Source: Phoronis australis (lineage: Eukaryota; Animalia; Phoronida). Taken from it: a DNA stretch of 64,000 nt. The notes under the pieces are model-generated. The model made no database searches and was not told the DNA's origin. It saw nothing but the letters and a program-made list of their open reading frames with translations. Position 1 is the stretch's first letter. The number at the start of each line of letters is the position of its first letter. The DNA lies in NCBI GenBank assembly GCA_002633005.1, contig NMRA01000082.1, positions 783,988 to 847,987 of the forward strand, written 5' to 3'. Positions 61,741 through 64,000 of this stretch are shown here, one piece after another. A program made the position numbers and the translations under genes.

Positions 61741-64000
61741 GTTAATTGTACGACACTTCTCTTTCCGTTTCATTTACTAAATGAGATATCGGCAGCAACA
61801 TTAACACCTAGTCCTCGGTAATTACAAGTTAAATATTTTTGTTAATTTATTATTTTTAGAAAAGTTACCAATTCAATGCACAGTTGCCTTGTTTTAATGT
61901 TGTTGTCTCTTCAAAAGTAATGCGCTTTATTTTCAATACTGATTTTTAACTACAGTTGTATACTAAACTTGTAACATATCCTGAAATTACATACACCATA
62001 GGTTGTGATCGGACACGTGAATAGTTTGAGTGAAGCACGTGTGTATTTTAAAAAACTGCAGAAGAACATAAGAAACTAAGAGTTTGAAGGCTTTCAGATA
62101 AATAAAAAACGTATCTCGAGTGACGTAGGCGCTGTGATATAACACTCAATCTTATTCCTCGTATCTTTCATGAACTTGTGTTACGTGAAGCTGGCACATG
62201 CGTTCCACATACGCGTGAAATAAATAACACTTCTTTGGAAAAAATCCGGCCGCGTTCCTTTTGATTTGCTGGCAGGCACAAATATACAAGCGTCGCTGTG
62301 TGTCTGAACTCGGATTGCAATTCGACATCTCGTGAAATCTACGTCGGTGATCTAGGTTAGTTCTTTTAATTCCTTTGTTTTGATTAATGTTTTCCATTGT
62401 GATTAATGTGTTGTACTATTATTTATCCCATACGCGTTGAATCAGTCGGGTGCAATACGGCCATGTGATGTTGTTTTGCGTATTCAATTCCCGCACTATT
62501 TCAACGGTGACTTCTGTCATGGAAAGTCCAAAAGGTAGGTCACTCGACTCGACGTCGTTAGCCGGTTCGATCATGACTTTCCGAAAATAATTTAAAATAA
62601 TACAATTGCAACAGTATAAATAACACTAAGCATGAAATCAGGTCCAAGTGTAACATCTGAAACAAGACTCTTCATTATACACTGTACTGTATGACAATTC
62701 TGACTCAGTTTTCAATTGCTAAATATTACAACTCAGTTGCCGATTCCTCGGTAACTACGGTATCAGATATTGTTGTTATTTAACTATTTCAGGAAATGTT
62801 ACTAGTTCAATGCACAGTTACCAACCATTGTTCCATCTTCGTTATCTCTTTTCAACTAACAAATCGTTACATTTAGAGGTAATTTTTTTTCTTTTTCTAG
62901 TAAAAAATTGAAGCCTTACGCGCAAGTACATAGATATAGGATTTGATCTGTCACGTGAACAGTCTGGGTGAAGTAGACACCGGTGACCTAAGGTCGTGAC
63001 TATAAGCATAAAAAGCAGTTGATTGTCATACTACCCAATGTCCGTTAGCAGCTGCTCATGGGAGGTCATGGACATACAGTGTATATTAGTCTTCACAAAT
63101 ATACGTGTTTTGCCAATCTTAAGCCTTGTTTGTCTCCGTAAGCAGAGTTTTGAAACGGTCGCTGATATCACCGGCCATTTTGAATGAGGCCCTAACGTCG
63201 TGACCGTTTCGTTTAGACGCAAATGCACGAAGCAGGACCACACAAATCAACTGCAGTGCTTACAGATACTGTAGACGACACAAAAAACATTGCATTGCTT
63301 ATTATTTCAATTTCAATTAAAACAAGTTGTTTTGTGTTTTGCAAACAACTTCGATGTGCACAGACGTTTTCAATGAGGTTGTTTACGTAAAACGCTAAGA
63401 ACCCAGCATAAATTATCCCTCAGTATTTTATTGCTTTGGCCTTACGAAACTTGATCGATCCTGGGACATTTTGATTAATTGTTCAAGCCACCCCTGGAAC
63501 GCGTGTTACAACAAATCTGAAACATGTTTAGTTTCAAAAATATAATCTGAAAATGCACAAAAATGTGAATTAGTGGAATAGGCTGTCTTAAGATGCATTT
63601 GTAAAAAGAAGCCACCCAATCACTGTTTATTTTCATATTGTGAATATCAGCAAGTCCGGGTATTCGTTTAACGTTCGTAAGCAGACGAACACTGGAAACT
63701 TCAACGCTAGATGTCGCGCGACTGTGCAGAAGCGGAAATAAGATCGGGCACTCACGACTTTAGGATCTCCGACGGTATTAAAAATTCTGCCGAAAAAATG
63801 AAAGAAATTTAGGAATTGAAGGACTATGGGATAAATTTAATTGTATCTTGATTGGCGTAGATGAAGTAATATCCCACTTGACATTATTTCGCGTATCGAA
63901 TGAGACCGAAGAACAAGTTTGTAATTTCCAACGTTCATAATCCACTGTAGATCCCGGACTGCCAGATGGAATCTAGGAGAATTTTAACTAGGCTCATGGC

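Larger units (their letters stand above)
59530..62970. repeat. Three diverged direct copies of a ~0.5-kb repeat (59530-60040, 61755-62280, partial 62745-62970)
   Basis: Shared ccgtttcatttactaaa..tcctcggtaa..ataggttgt..cggacaygtgaa..catacgcgtgaaat..aacacttctttggaaaa. Confidence 0.75.

Overview
Eukaryotic (invertebrate-like, AT-rich, intron-rich) genomic DNA, so the ORF track mostly captures exon fragments and chance ORFs. Reading splice sites by hand gives one large plus-strand gene spanning ~1312-54866, with 38 coding exons visible (~2,800 aa; the 5' end lies outside the window or is unseen). It encodes a type-I membrane protein: FN3 domain, 3 EGF/laminin-EGF-like repeats, a 2-Cys linker, 5 divergent SEA-like (ferredoxin-fold-like) domains, 2 EGF, linker, 5 more SEA-like domains, about 25 more EGF-like repeats, TM helix, and an acidic cytoplasmic tail. 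A 13-exon cassette is duplicated in tandem (9234-22324 vs 22809-38013), every SEA-like domain is split over two exons, and almost all introns are phase 1. Introns hold TTAA-flanked Kolobok-type DNA transposons (one with 158-bp TIRs and a THAP ORF, one nested in a LINE ORF1, one decayed), MITEs, Penelope and LINE remnants and a candidate solo LTR. Downstream on the minus strand is a decayed fragment resembling a divergent Cys-loop (nAChR-like) channel subunit. Single-N junctions (1150, 12812, 19343) mark assembly artefacts: two false duplications and one truncated exon. All domain calls come from motif recognition by eye, not from database searches.
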